From assembly GCF_001194135.2 (NCBI RefSeq), contig NC_068999.1, positions 49,940,802 through 50,004,033 of the forward strand: DNA of 63,232 nt, written 5' to 3'. The notes beneath the pieces are model-generated. The model was not told where the DNA came from, did not search any database, and saw nothing but the letters and a program-made list of their open reading frames with translations. Positions within the stretch are counted from its first letter, which is position 1; the number at the start of each line of letters is the position of its first letter. Shown here one piece after another: positions 25,147 through 38,877 of the stretch. The stretch is from Octopus bimaculoides. Its lineage: Eukaryota. A program made the translations under genes and the position numbers.

Positions 25147-25653
25147 GTCATCTAACATACAACGAATGATCGTAAAGTAATAAAAGAACAAGCAGACAGT
25201 CAGGCAGACAGACAGGCAGAGTATGTAGAGTTGGGATAGTATTAGATAAGATGAATCTCTATAAAATAGATTCTAGGGGTTAATAGGCCATCTTTTCCCA
25301 AAAACACACCCAAAGCAAAATTTAGAGGAAAGTACAAACCTCATCAACGGCCACACCCTTCCATATACCGCAACAAACCGCATACACATCCATATCTACC
25401 ACACTCGCCGCACATTATCCACGCCCTTGTATACACTTTTTCACACGACATGCGTCTATTGAAGAAACCTATTTAATGATCCTTGATCAACATGCATAAG
25501 CAATGATATTGTCTGGTCTGTATTTACAATAGACTTGTAATGTCAGTCTCGTGTACTGAAAAGATCTGTTAAGATGTAGACTGTAGTGTGAAAGCGACTT
25601 ACTTTAATGCGATGTGACTGTCTGTAAAGCTTGTCAGCTGAGATAAGAAAACT

Positions 25654-25692
25654 GCCTAGGCCAGTGTTTCCCCAAACCTACTTTCCGCACCC
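25654..25692 (+). mobile_element. hAT (Charlie/Buster-like) left terminus, remainder in gap
   Basis: CAGTGTTTCCCCAAACC at 25662, preceded by 8-mer GCCTAGGC with central TA as in this group's target sites. Confidence 0.5.
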
Positions 25693-26300
25693 NNNNNNNN
25701 NNNNNNNNNNNNNNNNNNNNNNNNNNNNNNNNNNNNNNNNNNNNNNNNNNNNNNNNNNNNNNNNNNNNNNNNNNNNNNNNNNNNNNNNNNNNNNNNNNNN
25801 NNNNNNNNNNNNNNNNNNNNNNNNNNNNNNNNNNNNNNNNNNNNNNNNNNNNNNNNNNNNNNNNNNNNNNNNNNNNNNNNNNNNNNNNNNNNNNNNNNNN
25901 NNNNNNNNNNNNNNNNNNNNNNNNNNNNNNNNNNNNNNNNNNNNNNNNNNNNNNNNNNNNNNNNNNNNNNNNNNNNNNNNNNNNNNNNNNNNNNNNNNNN
26001 NNNNNNNNNNNNNNNNNNNNNNNNNNNNNNNNNNNNNNNNNNNNNNNNNNNNNNNNNNNNNNNNNNNNNNNNNNNNNNNNNNNNNNNNNNNNNNNNNNNN
26101 NNNNNNNNNNNNNNNNNNNNNNNNNNNNNNNNNNNNNNNNNNNNNNNNNNNNNNNNNNNNNNNNNNNNNNNNNNNNNNNNNNNNNNNNNNNNNNNNNNNN
26201 NNNNNNNNNNNNNNNNNNNNNNNNNNNNNNNNNNNNNNNNNNNNNNNNNNNNNNNNNNNNNNNNNNNNNNNNNNNNNNNNNNNNNNNNNNNNNNNNNNNN

Positions 26301-26331
<31 letters not shown>

Positions 26332-26561
26332 TTGTTTAAAAGAGTTCCAACACTGTCTGTTTTTTATGTTTTATTTATATTCCTGCAGAACCAATGTGGG
26401 GTATAGAATATGGAATATACAATATATAATATAATATACAATATATAATATAAAATAAAATAAAATAAAAATGGATGGCACCATGAAAGAAAGTATTGAA
26501 TGTAGATGAAATATTGAGTGTTCAATATAAAGGATCAAATATATAAATATAAATATATAAA

Positions 26562-26601
26562 GGCGACTCGAGTTTCAGGGCTATTTCCCTTCGTCATGGC
26601 C
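26562..26601 (-). ncRNA. Minimal type I hammerhead-like motif
   Basis: Minus strand GGC-CA-TGACGA-AGGG(AAATAG)CCCT-GAAA-CTCGAG-TC-GCC: helix I GGC/GCC, helix II 4 bp, perfect palindrome ACTCGAGT as helix III, GUC site. One extra nucleotide before U4. Confidence 0.55.
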
Positions 26602-26784
26602 GGTATGACAGACTTTAACAGACCAACCCGCATAAATTGCTCCATATAAGGGTGTATGCATATATATACATGTGCCAGTGGCTGAGTATGCATATGTAGA
26701 AACAAGTATATTACGTGCATCCATACGCGTTTCTATGCACATTTGTATGCATGTATGGCTGTATGCACACATATATAAGTAAAT

Positions 26785-26865
<81 letters not shown>

Positions 26866-27356
26866 ACTCATCTTCATTAAGTTTGGTATGTTCATTCAAC
26901 AGTACTTAATACGGTAAGACACTTCTGTTGGCATTTAAACTACAAGTTAATCAAATACTGAACTTTTTTTTAAAAATTTCCTTGTTTTCATTGTGCCACT
27001 TATATATATTGAACTTTAAGAATTTACACCTTTTTTTGTTTTATGGTATATTTAATTATTTGTTTAGGTATTTTTGTAGTTTGGGGTCGTTATCTAAAAC
27101 TACTTCAGTTTATTGAAAATGCCAAATTCAGTTTCGCCAGTTTAGAGGTTCGTTTCGTAACAACGTAGATAGATTGCACTTCGCAACACTTTTAGTTAGT
27201 AACTTTCAACTATAAAATCGGCTTTGTCTATATTTTGTGAGTCAAATTCGTTGCAGATGAATTGTACGGAAGCCCATCATACATAGATTCATACAAACAT
27301 ACGTAGATACATACATACATACTTTTAAACATACATACATACATGCATACATACAT

Positions 27357-27506
27357 ACTGGAGCAACAGGAAACATACCAACCCGTCTGGACCAAAGTAT
27401 GGCTGAACTTGTGATCTTGAGGAGAGAATGCAAATCCTTAATTCATAAGCTACAAATGATCACGATATCTGGGACTATAAAAGTCTGCAAGACCTGCTTA
27501 ACCCAT
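27357..27506 (+). mobile_element. C-terminus of a non-LTR retrotransposon with restriction-like endonuclease (RLE)
   Basis: GATGNIPTRL...ELVILRRECKSLIHKLQMITISGTIKVCKTCL resembles the GALG...L...LI..LQ..S..GT.KI.K.F tail of RLE-type elements. Confidence 0.6.
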
Positions 27507-28653
27507 TACCTACACATAAGACGAAGGAAAGATAGTAAAAATTATACGAAAACACATATATATATATATATATATACACACGTGCATAAACACATTTATA
27601 CTTCAACACATACCTACATATAAACAGACGGACGCACATAACTGCACGCACACATGCACATACACACTCATACATACATTCATTCACATGTACCCATATA
27701 CAAACACGCATTTAACTACATAAACACATATATACCTAAAAGCACTAATATACATATATACACACATACACATTACACTTACACAACATGCGCACATCCA
27801 TTCATACATACGCATATGCATAATATATATATATATGCATACATCCACTCAAAATACAGGCATACATACTCGTAAAACACATGCATACACACATAAGGAC
27901 CTTTAAATAAAATTATATATTTGACGTGAAAAGAAATAAAACTTCTCAAAAATTTTTTTTCCAGAAATTTCGTTTTTTTCTTTTTCATTTTTTAATTTTT
28001 TTTCTTTTTTCATTTTTTAAACTTTGTCATTTTTTTTTTTTTTTTTTTTTTTTTTTTCATTTTTTCCAAATTTCCAAAATCGCACGATCAAATTGAAAAA
28101 TGTAGAATATCTGTCGAATGCGTGCAGAATGTGTTCATATATATATAATTGTGTTCTGCAACAATAACACCCTCAAACAAACATTTCTTACAAGATTTTC
28201 CCGATAAAACAATTACTAAATCGAAAGGAAATTACATTCGAATGGATTTTATATTCCGAATGAGTTTTCTTTGCATAATTCACTTATTTAGTTATTTATT
28301 TAGTTATTTATTTGCATACCGAACATTCGCTGGTTGTTACTGTTTGTTGTTGTTGTTGTTACTAGTATTTATTTGCTTAACATTTGCTGTTCTCAATAAT
28401 AATAATAATAATCCTTTCTACTAAAGGTACAAAGCCTGAGATTTTGGGGGAGGCGATAGTCGATTACATCGACCCCAGATAACAAATGGCACTCTTCTTT
28501 TAATTTTGACTCTATATGGGAGGAGTTACCTCAATCCTTTCTATATTAACCAAAATGAAGTAGATTGACAAATTTATTTTTCGAACCAGTGGAAGACACG
28601 CGAGATGTCGAAATATTGTTCCCAAGATAACAAATGGCACTCTTCTTTTAGTT

Positions 28654-28722
<69 letters not shown>

Positions 28723-28723
<1 letters not shown>

Positions 28724-28785
28724 GAGAAATTAAGGCAAATAGACCAGATATAGTTGTCAAAGATCATGAAGAAAAAAAATGCTTT
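28723..28785 (+). mobile_element. 5'-truncated R4/Dong-like non-LTR element (RLE domain), continuing into gap
   Basis: REIKANRPDIVVKDHEEKKCF is the RPD...D start of the PD-(D/E)xK endonuclease of R2/R4-group elements. Flanked by (AAT)n before and after the gap. Confidence 0.75.
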
Positions 28786-29149
28786 NNNNNNNNNNNNNNN
28801 NNNNNNNNNNNNNNNNNNNNNNNNNNNNNNNNNNNNNNNNNNNNNNNNNNNNNNNNNNNNNNNNNNNNNNNNNNNNNNNNNNNNNNNNNNNNNNNNNNNN
28901 NNNNNNNNNNNNNNNNNNNNNNNNNNNNNNNNNNNNNNNNNNNNNNNNNNNNNNNNNNNNNNNNNNNNNNNNNNNNNNNNNNNNNNNNNNNNNNNNNNNN
29001 NNNNNNNNNNNNNNNNNNNNNNNNNNNNNNNNNNNNNNNNNNNNNNNNNNNNNNNNNNNNNNNNNNNNNNNNNNNNNNNNNNNNNNNNNNNNNNNNNNNN
29101 NNNNNNNNNNNNNNNNNNNNNNNNNNNNNNNNNNNNNNNNNNNNNNNNN

Positions 29150-29245
<96 letters not shown>

Positions 29246-29249
29246 TTTC

Positions 29250-29450
29250 AAGGCGGCGAGCTGGCAGAATCGTTAGCACACCGGGCGAAATGTTTGGCGG
29301 TATTTCGTCCGTCTTTATGTTGTGAGTTCAAATTCTATTGAGGTAGACTTTGCCTTTCATCCTTTCAGGGTCAATAAATTAAGTACCAGTGAAATACTGG
29401 AGTCGATGTGATCGACTAGTCACCTCCCCGAAATTTCAGGCCTTGTGCTT
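29250..29450 (+). mobile_element. SINE family A, near full length
   Basis: AAGGCGGCGAGCTGGCAGAATCGTTAG...GAGTTCAAATT...GACTTTGCCTTTCATCCTTTC.GGGTCAATAAATTAAGTACCAG...GGCCTTGTGC. Confidence 0.85.
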
Positions 29451-30217
29451 TTACTATTTTAAAATCTCACCTAAACCAGGACTGCCATGTTATGTTGGCA
29501 AACAATCTTTACTTGTGCCTTTAATAGAAACGGTTATGATAATTATTATCATTGCTGTTGTTCTTGCTTCTGTCGTTTTTGCTTTCATTGCAGTTGTTAT
29601 TTTTTATTGTTTTGTTGCCGTTGTTGTTATTATTACCATTTGTGTGTGTATGTGAGTGTTTGTGTGCGTGTGTGTGTGTGTGCGCGCGTGTGAGTGTGCG
29701 CCTGCGCGTGCGTATGAGGAAGCCGTAACGTTAGAAACACGTGGTGGCAATGGATTGGAAATACAAAAAAAATAACTCACACACACACGCACACACACAC
29801 ACAAGCTACATACATATAAACAAACATGCATACACACATACATACGTACGTACATACACACACACAGACAGACAGACAGAAATTACTTACGAAATCCAAA
29901 TACTAAATTAAAGTTTAAAAAACATTTTTAATTACTTCGTTTTTGTATCTCATTCATTCTTTTAGAGAAAGGTGGCAGGGTGGGGGTTTGGCAACAAGTC
30001 ACGTGCAATGCTTTTGGAGTTTCCGAGTTCAACATGGAATTTGTATTGATTCCTTGATATTGATTTTGATGTCTGACATAGCCATAACAGAATCTCGTGT
30101 GTATTCATGTGGATGAAAAGAGAAAGTAAATGATATCAAATAGACGCTCCCCAGTATTTAACTGGTACGTTACTTTTTTAATCGCTTACCCGGAAGAGAA
30201 GGGAACTCCTTGTGATC

Positions 30218-30846
30218 CTTTATCTTTTATCTGTTACTTGTTTCAGTCATTAGACTGCGGCCATGCTGGAGCACCACCTTGAAGAATTTTTTTTTTCTTT
30301 CTTCTTTAGTCGAATGAATCGATCCCAGTATTTGCTTNNNNNNNNNNNNNNNNNNNNNNNNNNNNNNNNNNNNNNNNNNNNNNNNNNNNNNNNNNNNNNN
30401 NNNNNNNNNNNNNNNNNNNNNNNNNNNNNNNNNNNNNNNNNNNNNNNNNNNNNNNNNNNNNNNNNNNNNNNNNNNNNNNNNNNNNNNNNNNNNNNNNNNN
30501 NNNNNNNNNNNNNNNNNNNNNNNNNNNNNNNNNNNNNNNNNNNNNNNNNNNNNNNNNNNNNNNNNNNNNNNNNNNNNNNNNNNNNNNNNNNNNNNNNNNN
30601 NNNNNNNNNNNNNNNNNNNNNNNNNNNNNNNNNNNNNNNNNNNNNNNNNNNNNNNNNNNNNNNNNNNNNNTATATATACATATATATATACGACGGTCTT
30701 CTTTCAGTTTCCGTTTACCAAATCCACTCACAAGACTTAGGTCGGCCCGAATTTATAGTAGAAGACGCTTAACCAAGGCGCCACGGAGTGGGACTGAACT
30801 CCGTGCTATGTGATTGAGAAGCAAGCTTCTTACCACACAGCCACAT
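30218..30846 (-). mobile_element. Composite SINE B + internal microsatellite/gap + D tail
   Basis: 30680-30846 is the reverse complement of B, 30218-30337 the reverse complement of the D tail; same order as 671-1147. Confidence 0.75.
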
Positions 30847-31557
30847 TTGCATCTATCTATTTTCTCGATGCCTACATTTTCTCCTACAAATGTTCGAACA
30901 GAACGAGGGTTGGAGAGTACAAGACAACGAAACCTCATCGCTGAATGATCCTGCAAAAGTCATGAGCACTGTCCCCACACCGTTGAATAAAACCAAAACC
31001 AACACCAAAAACAATACATTAACTTTTCTCAACATGGCCGAAACACTATAAAACAAGTTGTAACTTTCTGATGTATTTTAAAAGGAAACATCATAATTTC
31101 GGTCATGAAAAGCTAGAAATTGCAGACAATTTTTATGAGCCAGCTTTCAAAATGTTCATAAGAAATATGACATAATAGGTTTCATTATTTCTTCAAAAAC
31201 ATCAAAGTAAGTTTCACAGATTTGATAGAAGCCAGAGTAGAGTCAGGGGGTAAACACATAAAAATTCTGATTGATTTCGTCTTCTGTAGAATGGTTGTAG
31301 TAGTTATCGTCGTGGTAGTCATGGTGATGGTGGTGGTTTTGGTGGTGGTGGTGGTGATGGCGGCGGCGGCGTATTGTGTAATTTTCTGTTAAGTATGTAT
31401 TTTTCCCCCTTCTTCTCTCCGTTAGTTTTTCTATTTTGTGTTTCTGTCATATCAAAATAAACAACTTGAACTGTACGGTTTGCTTTCATTATTGAAGTTG
31501 CCCTTGACTTTATACATACATACGAATATAAATAGACATACACACCTACATATACAT

Positions 31558-31601
<44 letters not shown>

Positions 31602-32194
31602 GTGTGCGCGCACACACACACATACATATATACACATATATGCATACGTACATAAGTACATCTCTATATAGGAATGTATGTATACATGTACGTACGTATG
31701 TATGTGTACATATAGAAATATATACACACACACATAACACAAAAACACAAACACACAGACACACACTCACGTACACATAATAAACACACATATGTCACAT
31801 CATACCACACATAAAGCAGCAATGATTATCATTAACGACAAGGATAAACTTTACAGGGTTGCCCTCTGCATGGAAAGCTTATTGTGAAGTGCAAGCTAAC
31901 GTATCAAATATGGTGAGTAGAAACATAGCGCTGAGGTAATTTTTTCTTTTACTCCTTTCGGGATGGAAAACTGGTAATTATGAATCCAAGACAGACAGTT
32001 GATGGAACTGGAAGAACGTCAGACCGGAGGCTTTGCAGTGTTTGTTATGGATCTTTGCATTCTGTGTTCAAAATATTGACACAAACTGTGTGGATGGTAG
32101 ACTCAACACATCGGTCGATTTAGCACTCCTATTCGGCATCCTAGATGCACCAAAGGTAAAGAGGGGAGAAGGCAGAGGAGAGGGAGAGGAAAGG

Positions 32195-32315
32195 GAAGAA
32201 GAAGAAGAAGAAGAAGAAAAAGAAGAAGAAGAAGAAGAAGAAGAAGAAGAAGAAGAAGAAGAAGAAGAAGAAGAAGAAGAAGAAGAAGAAGAAGAAGAAG
32301 AAGAAGAAGAAGAAC
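32195..32315. repeat. (GAA)n microsatellite
   Basis: Directly visible. Confidence 0.95.
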
Positions 32316-32414
32316 GGACAAAAGAACTGGGATTTTGACATTATTTATCGACCGATCCCGGTAGAATGAAAAGCAGAGTTGAAATTAATCTCAACGGGAT
32401 ATTAGCTTCCTGAG

Positions 32415-32582
<168 letters not shown>

Positions 32583-33775
32583 GCCGGTAAGAATACAGCA
32601 ACGTATTCATTGCGACACTCGAACACTTCATTGCCAAATTCATTGCTATGGAGTGATAAGACTTGATATATAGACAAAGAAACGGGATGGTCACGTTTGA
32701 ATTACTTTTCCCATCATAGGCACACAGACACACACACAAAAATAATAGCTATTAGAATAATAACAACAATAACAACAACACGTTTATTTACTTAAAACTG
32801 CAAATATCATAAAAACTGGGTGGAGTTTCAATGCGACTGCAGAATTTATTTACCGCCGTCGCGAATATTTCAAAGAGACATTTAAAGGCAGGAAACAGGG
32901 TGAGGATGTGTGGGGGCAGGGACGTAGCTATATCCGATAACTAAGAAATCGTTTTTGATCCACAATGCATGGCAATATATTCGTATGTTTGTATGGTTTG
33001 TGTCATGAACCTGTCTTATATAATTGTATATCACGTTCGTTTTTCTCCCGGCTTCGTAATTACATTGTATCACATATTTGTGTACGTTGTGTACGTGGGT
33101 GTGTGTATGTGCATATATATGTGTGTGTGTGTGTGTTTGTTTATATATATATATATATANNNNNNNNNNNNNNNNNNNNNNNNNNNNNNNNNNNNNNNNN
33201 NNNNNNNNNNNNNNNNNNNNNNNNNNNNNNNNNNNNNNNNNNNNNNNNNNNNNNNNNNNNNNNNNNNNNNNNNNNNNNNNNNNNNNNNNNNNNNNNNNNN
33301 NNNNNNNNNNNNNNNNNNNNNNNNNNNNNNNNNNNNNNNNNNNNNNNNNNNNNNNNNNNNNNNNNNNNNNNNNNNNNNNNNNNNNNNNNNNNNNNNNNNN
33401 NNNNNNNNNNNNNNNNNNNNNNNNNNNNNNNNNNNNNNNNNNNNNNNNNNNNNNNNNNNNNNNNNNNNNNNNNNNNNNNNNNNNNNNNNNNNNNNNNNNN
33501 NNNNNNNNNNNNNNNNNNNNNNNNNNNNNNNNNNNNNNNNNNNNNNNNNNNNNNNNNNNNNNNNGTGTGTGTGTGCGTGTGTGTACATGCGTTCTGCATT
33601 CTTATTTATTCTTACTATCAAACTGGTTTCTCAATTTCATGGTCTTGATTTTAAAATATCTTGTTTGCCATTTACTCTCATAAATTCACATCTGTGTATA
33701 AACACTTACATATAAGTGAGAGTGTATATCAGTGTGTGTGTTTGTGTGTGTGTATGTGTGTATGTGTGTGTGTGT

Positions 33776-33816
<41 letters not shown>

Positions 33817-34352
33817 GAGTCTATTTTTGTAAATATGTATTCATACATGCGTACACACAAAGCTGTACAAACACTTCCACTTCTCTATACTTCACACACA
33901 CACGCACGCACACTCATACACATCCTCATGCACACGCACACATGAATACATTCATACACACACACACACACACACACGTACGACAGTTAAGTTACTGAGG
34001 ACAAAATTAAATTTTTCAAATATTTTCCCTTTCATTTCGTATCTGCGTTGATATGCATACATGTATGTATGTATGTATATAGATGTAAATATGTATGCAT
34101 GTATGAATATAGATGTAAGTATGTTTGCATGTATGCATGTGTGTATGCCTGCATGTATATATGTATAAATGTATACTTACGTTCATAAGCATGTGTGTAC
34201 GTATGCGCACACGTATGCATCTATACATGCATGTCATTATATATGTAGATCTACATGTACATACTTATGTACATGCACATGCAGATATGGCTGCATGTCT
34301 AACGTATTTAGCAATAGCTGAATGCACATAGCTATGTATTCAAATGCCTATA

Positions 34353-34510
34353 TATTGGGTTGTCCGGGAAGTTCGTGCCGATTTATAGTAACTTACCTTT
34401 CGACTTATTTGCCATGAAACCACCTCAATTCTGGGAAGAGGGTATTTTCAAGTTAAAGGAAAGATGGAGACGCATTGTGCAACAAAATGGTTCATATTTG
34501 GTTGACTCAT
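34353..34510 (+). mobile_element. Internally deleted mariner: left TIR joined to transposase C-terminus
   Basis: TA + TTGGGTTGTCCGGGAAGTTCGTGCCGATTT terminus, then FAMKPPQFWEEGIFKLKERWRRIVQQNGSYLVD. Confidence 0.8.
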
Positions 34511-34599
34511 TTGTGGGGACACCAGCCTATGACAGGATTGACATCCCAGCGACCGCTGCTGTTACTAGTGGGGGTAAGGTGATACTCTTTTTCAACTGA

Positions 34600-34727
34600 A
34601 GGCACAAGGGCAACATGAAATTATGTATATCGCTCGAGGATGAACGCAACGCCCGACCTGGAATCGAACCCACAGCCTTGTAATCGTGAGCCTAAGCCTC
34701 TAACCACCACATCACACACCTTCACAC
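34600..34727 (-). mobile_element. SINE family C head
   Basis: Minus strand GTGAAGGTGTGTGATGTGGTGGTTAGAGG...GGGTTCGATTCCAGG...GCGTTG. Confidence 0.6.
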
Positions 34728-35672
34728 TGATCAAGTAGACATACGAACAAAGACATTGCAACGATAACCAACCAGCCCCTATTTTTCGCAAGCATAATAT
34801 TTCCTGTGCTACATATTCCAATGAAAGCTCTCTTATTTTTTATAAGACTGTATAGTGTCCTATAGTAACAATGGAAGATTTGGCTGCTAGTTTTAGCAAG
34901 TCGAACAACTACATAGAACCGCTTTCGTCAGCTCGAGAAACAAAAGTTTCTGTTAACTGTGCAGGATCATAAGCTTTGTTCTTTTATTTTTATTTTCTTT
35001 TTTAAGAAGAAACAGAAATGTGACTTTGTGACCCCTATGCTGATTTACCAAATATCAATGGCACGAAGAAGATGTCTTCGTGTCAAGTTTAAAACCCTAC
35101 GTGGTTTCTCCCCCTTACCAGAAGACCCTCCAGAAGGCCGGCATATTTATTCATAATGTCAACATTTTAGGTATGAAAACAGGCAGTGCCAGTTCTCAAA
35201 GACTTACGCAACAGAAGCAGTTCTTAGAAAGAAATCTTAAACCACATTCTTCCCAAGAATTATAACCATAACATGTCTGCTTCTTGATTTTAATTCGCAA
35301 ATGTTTTTCCCACCATTGTTTAGCGTAGGTCAATGTTGATGAGTGNNNNNNNNNNNNNNNNNNNNNNNNNNNNNNNNNNNNNNNNNNNNNNNNNNNNNNN
35401 NNNNNNNNNNNNNNNNNNNNNNNNNNNNNNNNNNNNNNNNNNNNNNNNNNNNNNNNNNNNNNNNNNNNNNNNNNNNNNNNNNNNNNNNNNNNNNNNNNNN
35501 NNNNNNNNNNNNNNNNNNNNNNNNNNNNNNNNNNNNNNNNNNATGGTGGTGGTGGCGGTGGTGATGGTGATGGTGGCGGCGGTGGTGATGGCGGTGCCGG
35601 TGGAAATGATGATAGTGGTGATGGTGGAGGCAGTTACGGTGATGATGGTAGTGGTGATACTGGTATATATGT

Positions 35673-35727
<55 letters not shown>

Positions 35728-36019
35728 ATAGTTCTATTTACATATGTATTTAAATATGTATGCTTGTATGCGTGTTTCGTGTATGTGTTAGCTGTATCAG
35801 TGCTTGTTTATCTATGAATATGTGTGTGCATGTGTGTGTGTATGTGTGTTTGTGTGTGTGTGTGTGTGTATGAAACACAAATGAAAATAATGCGTGCCTG
35901 TTCATACACACACATGTATATATACATGTGCATATAAGTATAATCACATACACTGGACCCATGCATGCACACACACACACACACACACACACGTGTGTGT
36001 GTGTGTTTCTATGTATAAA

Positions 36020-36155
36020 TGTAGTTCAGAAAAAGACACCGATAGAATAAGTACTAGGCTTCCAAGGAATAAGTCCTGGGTCGATTTGTTTCACTAAAAC
36101 CCTCTAAGGTGGTGCCCCAGCATGGCTGCAGTCCAATGACTGAACCAAATTCAAG
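36020..36155 (+). mobile_element. SINE family D 3' part after a (GT)n tract
   Basis: ACCGATAGAATAAGTACTAGGC...GGGTCGATTTG...AAGGTGGTGCCCCAGCATGGCTGCAGTCCAATGACTGAA. Confidence 0.7.
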
Positions 36156-36167
36156 AGTAAAATAATA

Positions 36168-36212
<45 letters not shown>

Positions 36213-36540
36213 ATCGAACGGTGAGGAGTGCTCAACACCGAATTGGTGGATAAATATTCTGTATGTGTGGGATAACAAGGATACCAAGTGTTTCATGCAG
36301 TAGAAATCTGTCGAAAATTACCAAGCCTGCCACATGGAACCGTTGGTACTCGTCTCCAACTTGAATCAGAATACTTATATATCATAGTTATCTGTAACTT
36401 GATAAAACACAGTGTTTCCTGAGAATCCGTTATTGTTGAACATTTATATGCACTTGGAACATCAGTTTTAATGCTCTAAAGAACCATAATGGTAAAAACG
36501 TACGTAGGAACTTAACTATAAACTTGTGTTTATCCTTATT

Positions 36541-36588
<48 letters not shown>

Positions 36589-37181
36589 TCACACACGTAC
36601 ATAAATACATACATACACATACACAAACACTCACATACTTGCCTACCGTGCTCAATAAAAAAGCCATATACATATTTATGTATATATATATATACATACG
36701 TGTGTGTGTGAACCTCAATTCTTTCAAAGTTTGCACAAAATATACAGACCTGAAACAGACATGAAAGACCACACGCAATGAGATTTCTGTGGCCTTCTGA
36801 CCAATTAATTCAAATATTTATTACTTCTACCAACTGACAGAAATTAATATGCAGATTAATATCAGTATTATTATGCCACAGTTGCAAAATATTTAGAGTT
36901 TAATAATCGCAACAAGAAATATAGCAGCAATATTGCTGTCATTGTTAATGAAATAGTGTTTAGTCGATGGCCTTGACACTAATAAATAATTATAATCGAG
37001 AAGGGTGATGTAAATAAAAATGGCAGCAATTTACATCTTGAGATCAAATCATGCTGAGAATGGTTTTTGCCATTTATCCCTCTGGTAGCGAGTCAGTACC
37101 TGTAATATGTTTGGGTTCGTATAATCGACTATACACTTCCACAATAATTGCTTCTTTGAGCTATGTGTGCTAGTAATCAAA

Positions 37182-37372
37182 AAGAGCTGTGGACTGACAC
37201 GATCGTTAAAAGCACCACGTTAAAAGCAAGAAGTTGCTTCGCTGTATTTTTTCCGATCCTAAGCAATCCGAGTTCAAATCCTGCTGAAGTCAATTTTGGC
37301 ATTCATTCCTCCGAGATCGATAAAATAAAGTACCAGTCAACAAGCGGGGTCTACGGCATTGACTATCCTCCT
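37182..37372 (+). mobile_element. SINE family A, diverged copy
   Basis: GAGTTCAAATCCTGCTGAAGTCAATTTTGGCATTCATTCCTCCGAGATCGATAAAATAAAGTACCAG. Confidence 0.65.
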
Positions 37373-37530
37373 TGCTGCTCTTTACGTTCTGAGTTCAAAT
37401 CCGACTGGGGTCAGCTACGAATCCGTTACTACATCACCCTCAGCCCATCTCTTGGTTTTAGTTTCAAATTTTGGTACCAGGCTAGCAGTTTGAGCAACTG
37501 TTCTATTTCATTTTCAATAATAATAATAAA

Positions 37531-37736
37531 CCTTTCTACTATACGCACAAGGCCTGGAATTTGTGGGGTAAGTCGATCACATCGACTCCAGTACTTGACT
37601 GGTACTTATTTTATCGACCCTCGAAAGGATGAAAGGTAAAGTCGACTCCAGCGGAATTTGAACTCAGAACGTAAGACAGAGGAAATGCTTAACAGCATTT
37701 CGCCCGGCTTTCCAACGATTCTGCTGGTTCACTGCC

Positions 37737-37738
<2 letters not shown>
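37531..37738 (-). mobile_element. SINE family A, full length, (ATT)n on both sides
   Basis: Reverse complement of the A consensus with AGTAGAAAGG tail variant; oriented tail-to-tail with 37182-37372. Confidence 0.8.
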
Positions 37739-37785
<47 letters not shown>

Positions 37786-38633
37786 TAATTCCACTTTGTA
37801 GACCGGAGGGTCTTTAAGACCACATAGAAATCTAAAATTAAAAAAAAAAGGAACAAGATTGTTACGTATGCAAATATAATTACTGTATTAGGTTGTCTTC
37901 TGTGTGCAACCCCGCCATGTTTTATTTTCTACGTATTTACTGTTACCATATTTAGTGATGGCCGATGTTGTTTCTACAGATTTTGTTTCTCCTCAATGTT
38001 GTCAGCACAATGTAATCAATAAAAACAGAGTTTAAAGCCGATATTCATTTACAACCAGTTTAACAACGTTTCCTTTTATTCCAATAATATCTTCTCTCTG
38101 TTTTTTAATTTAATCATTTTTATGATTTTTTCCTATTTTCTGGGTTTTTCCCTACTCCTGAAACAAATTTAGTTTGTTGCTCGAGTTTCACCACAGATGG
38201 TTCTGAATTATTATAAAAGGTTTTATCTTTTTTAAAATTTTCTATATCATTGCTTTTTCATTTTTATTTTGGTCCAACCTAATCGAACCTAAAATAAGTT
38301 ATTGAAGCACGCTGTATAAACAATACCGTAGAAACGATGCAGTGTCTTAGTAAATCGAAATAGCAACTGAGTTTCATTTCGTTGAATCTAAAACGATTCC
38401 CAATTACCAGTCTTCGTTTTGGAAAAAAGAATGAAAGCAACAACATTCTATTATGATACCCTGAAAAAAATCACCTTAGACTTCACGCTTGTATAAGGAA
38501 CAATTGTCTGAGTGATTTTAGTCTCTTTTCTACAGAAAATAAAATGTCTTTTTTTTTTTGAAGAAGAAGAAGACGAAGAAGAAGAAGAAGAAGAGGGGTA
38601 TTCATGGCCTGTCATACAATGGGAAGTTAATAT

Positions 38634-38853
38634 TGGTTTCAAATTTTGGCAAAAGGCCAGCAAGTTCAAAGGAGGGGACAGTTGATTACATCGACCCTAG
38701 TACTCAACTGGTACTTAATTTATCGACCCCGAAAGGGATGAATGGCAAAGTTGACCTCGGTGGAATTTGAACTCAGAACGTAAAGACGGATGAAATACTG
38801 CGAAGCATTTCGCTCGGCGTGCTAACGATTCTTGCAGCGCGCCGTCTTCTTAG
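38634..38853 (-). mobile_element. SINE family A with 13-bp target site duplication
   Basis: GGGAAGTTAATAT at 38621-38633 and 38854-38866. Confidence 0.85.
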
Positions 38854-38877
38854 GGGAAGTTAATATAGTGAGTTTAT

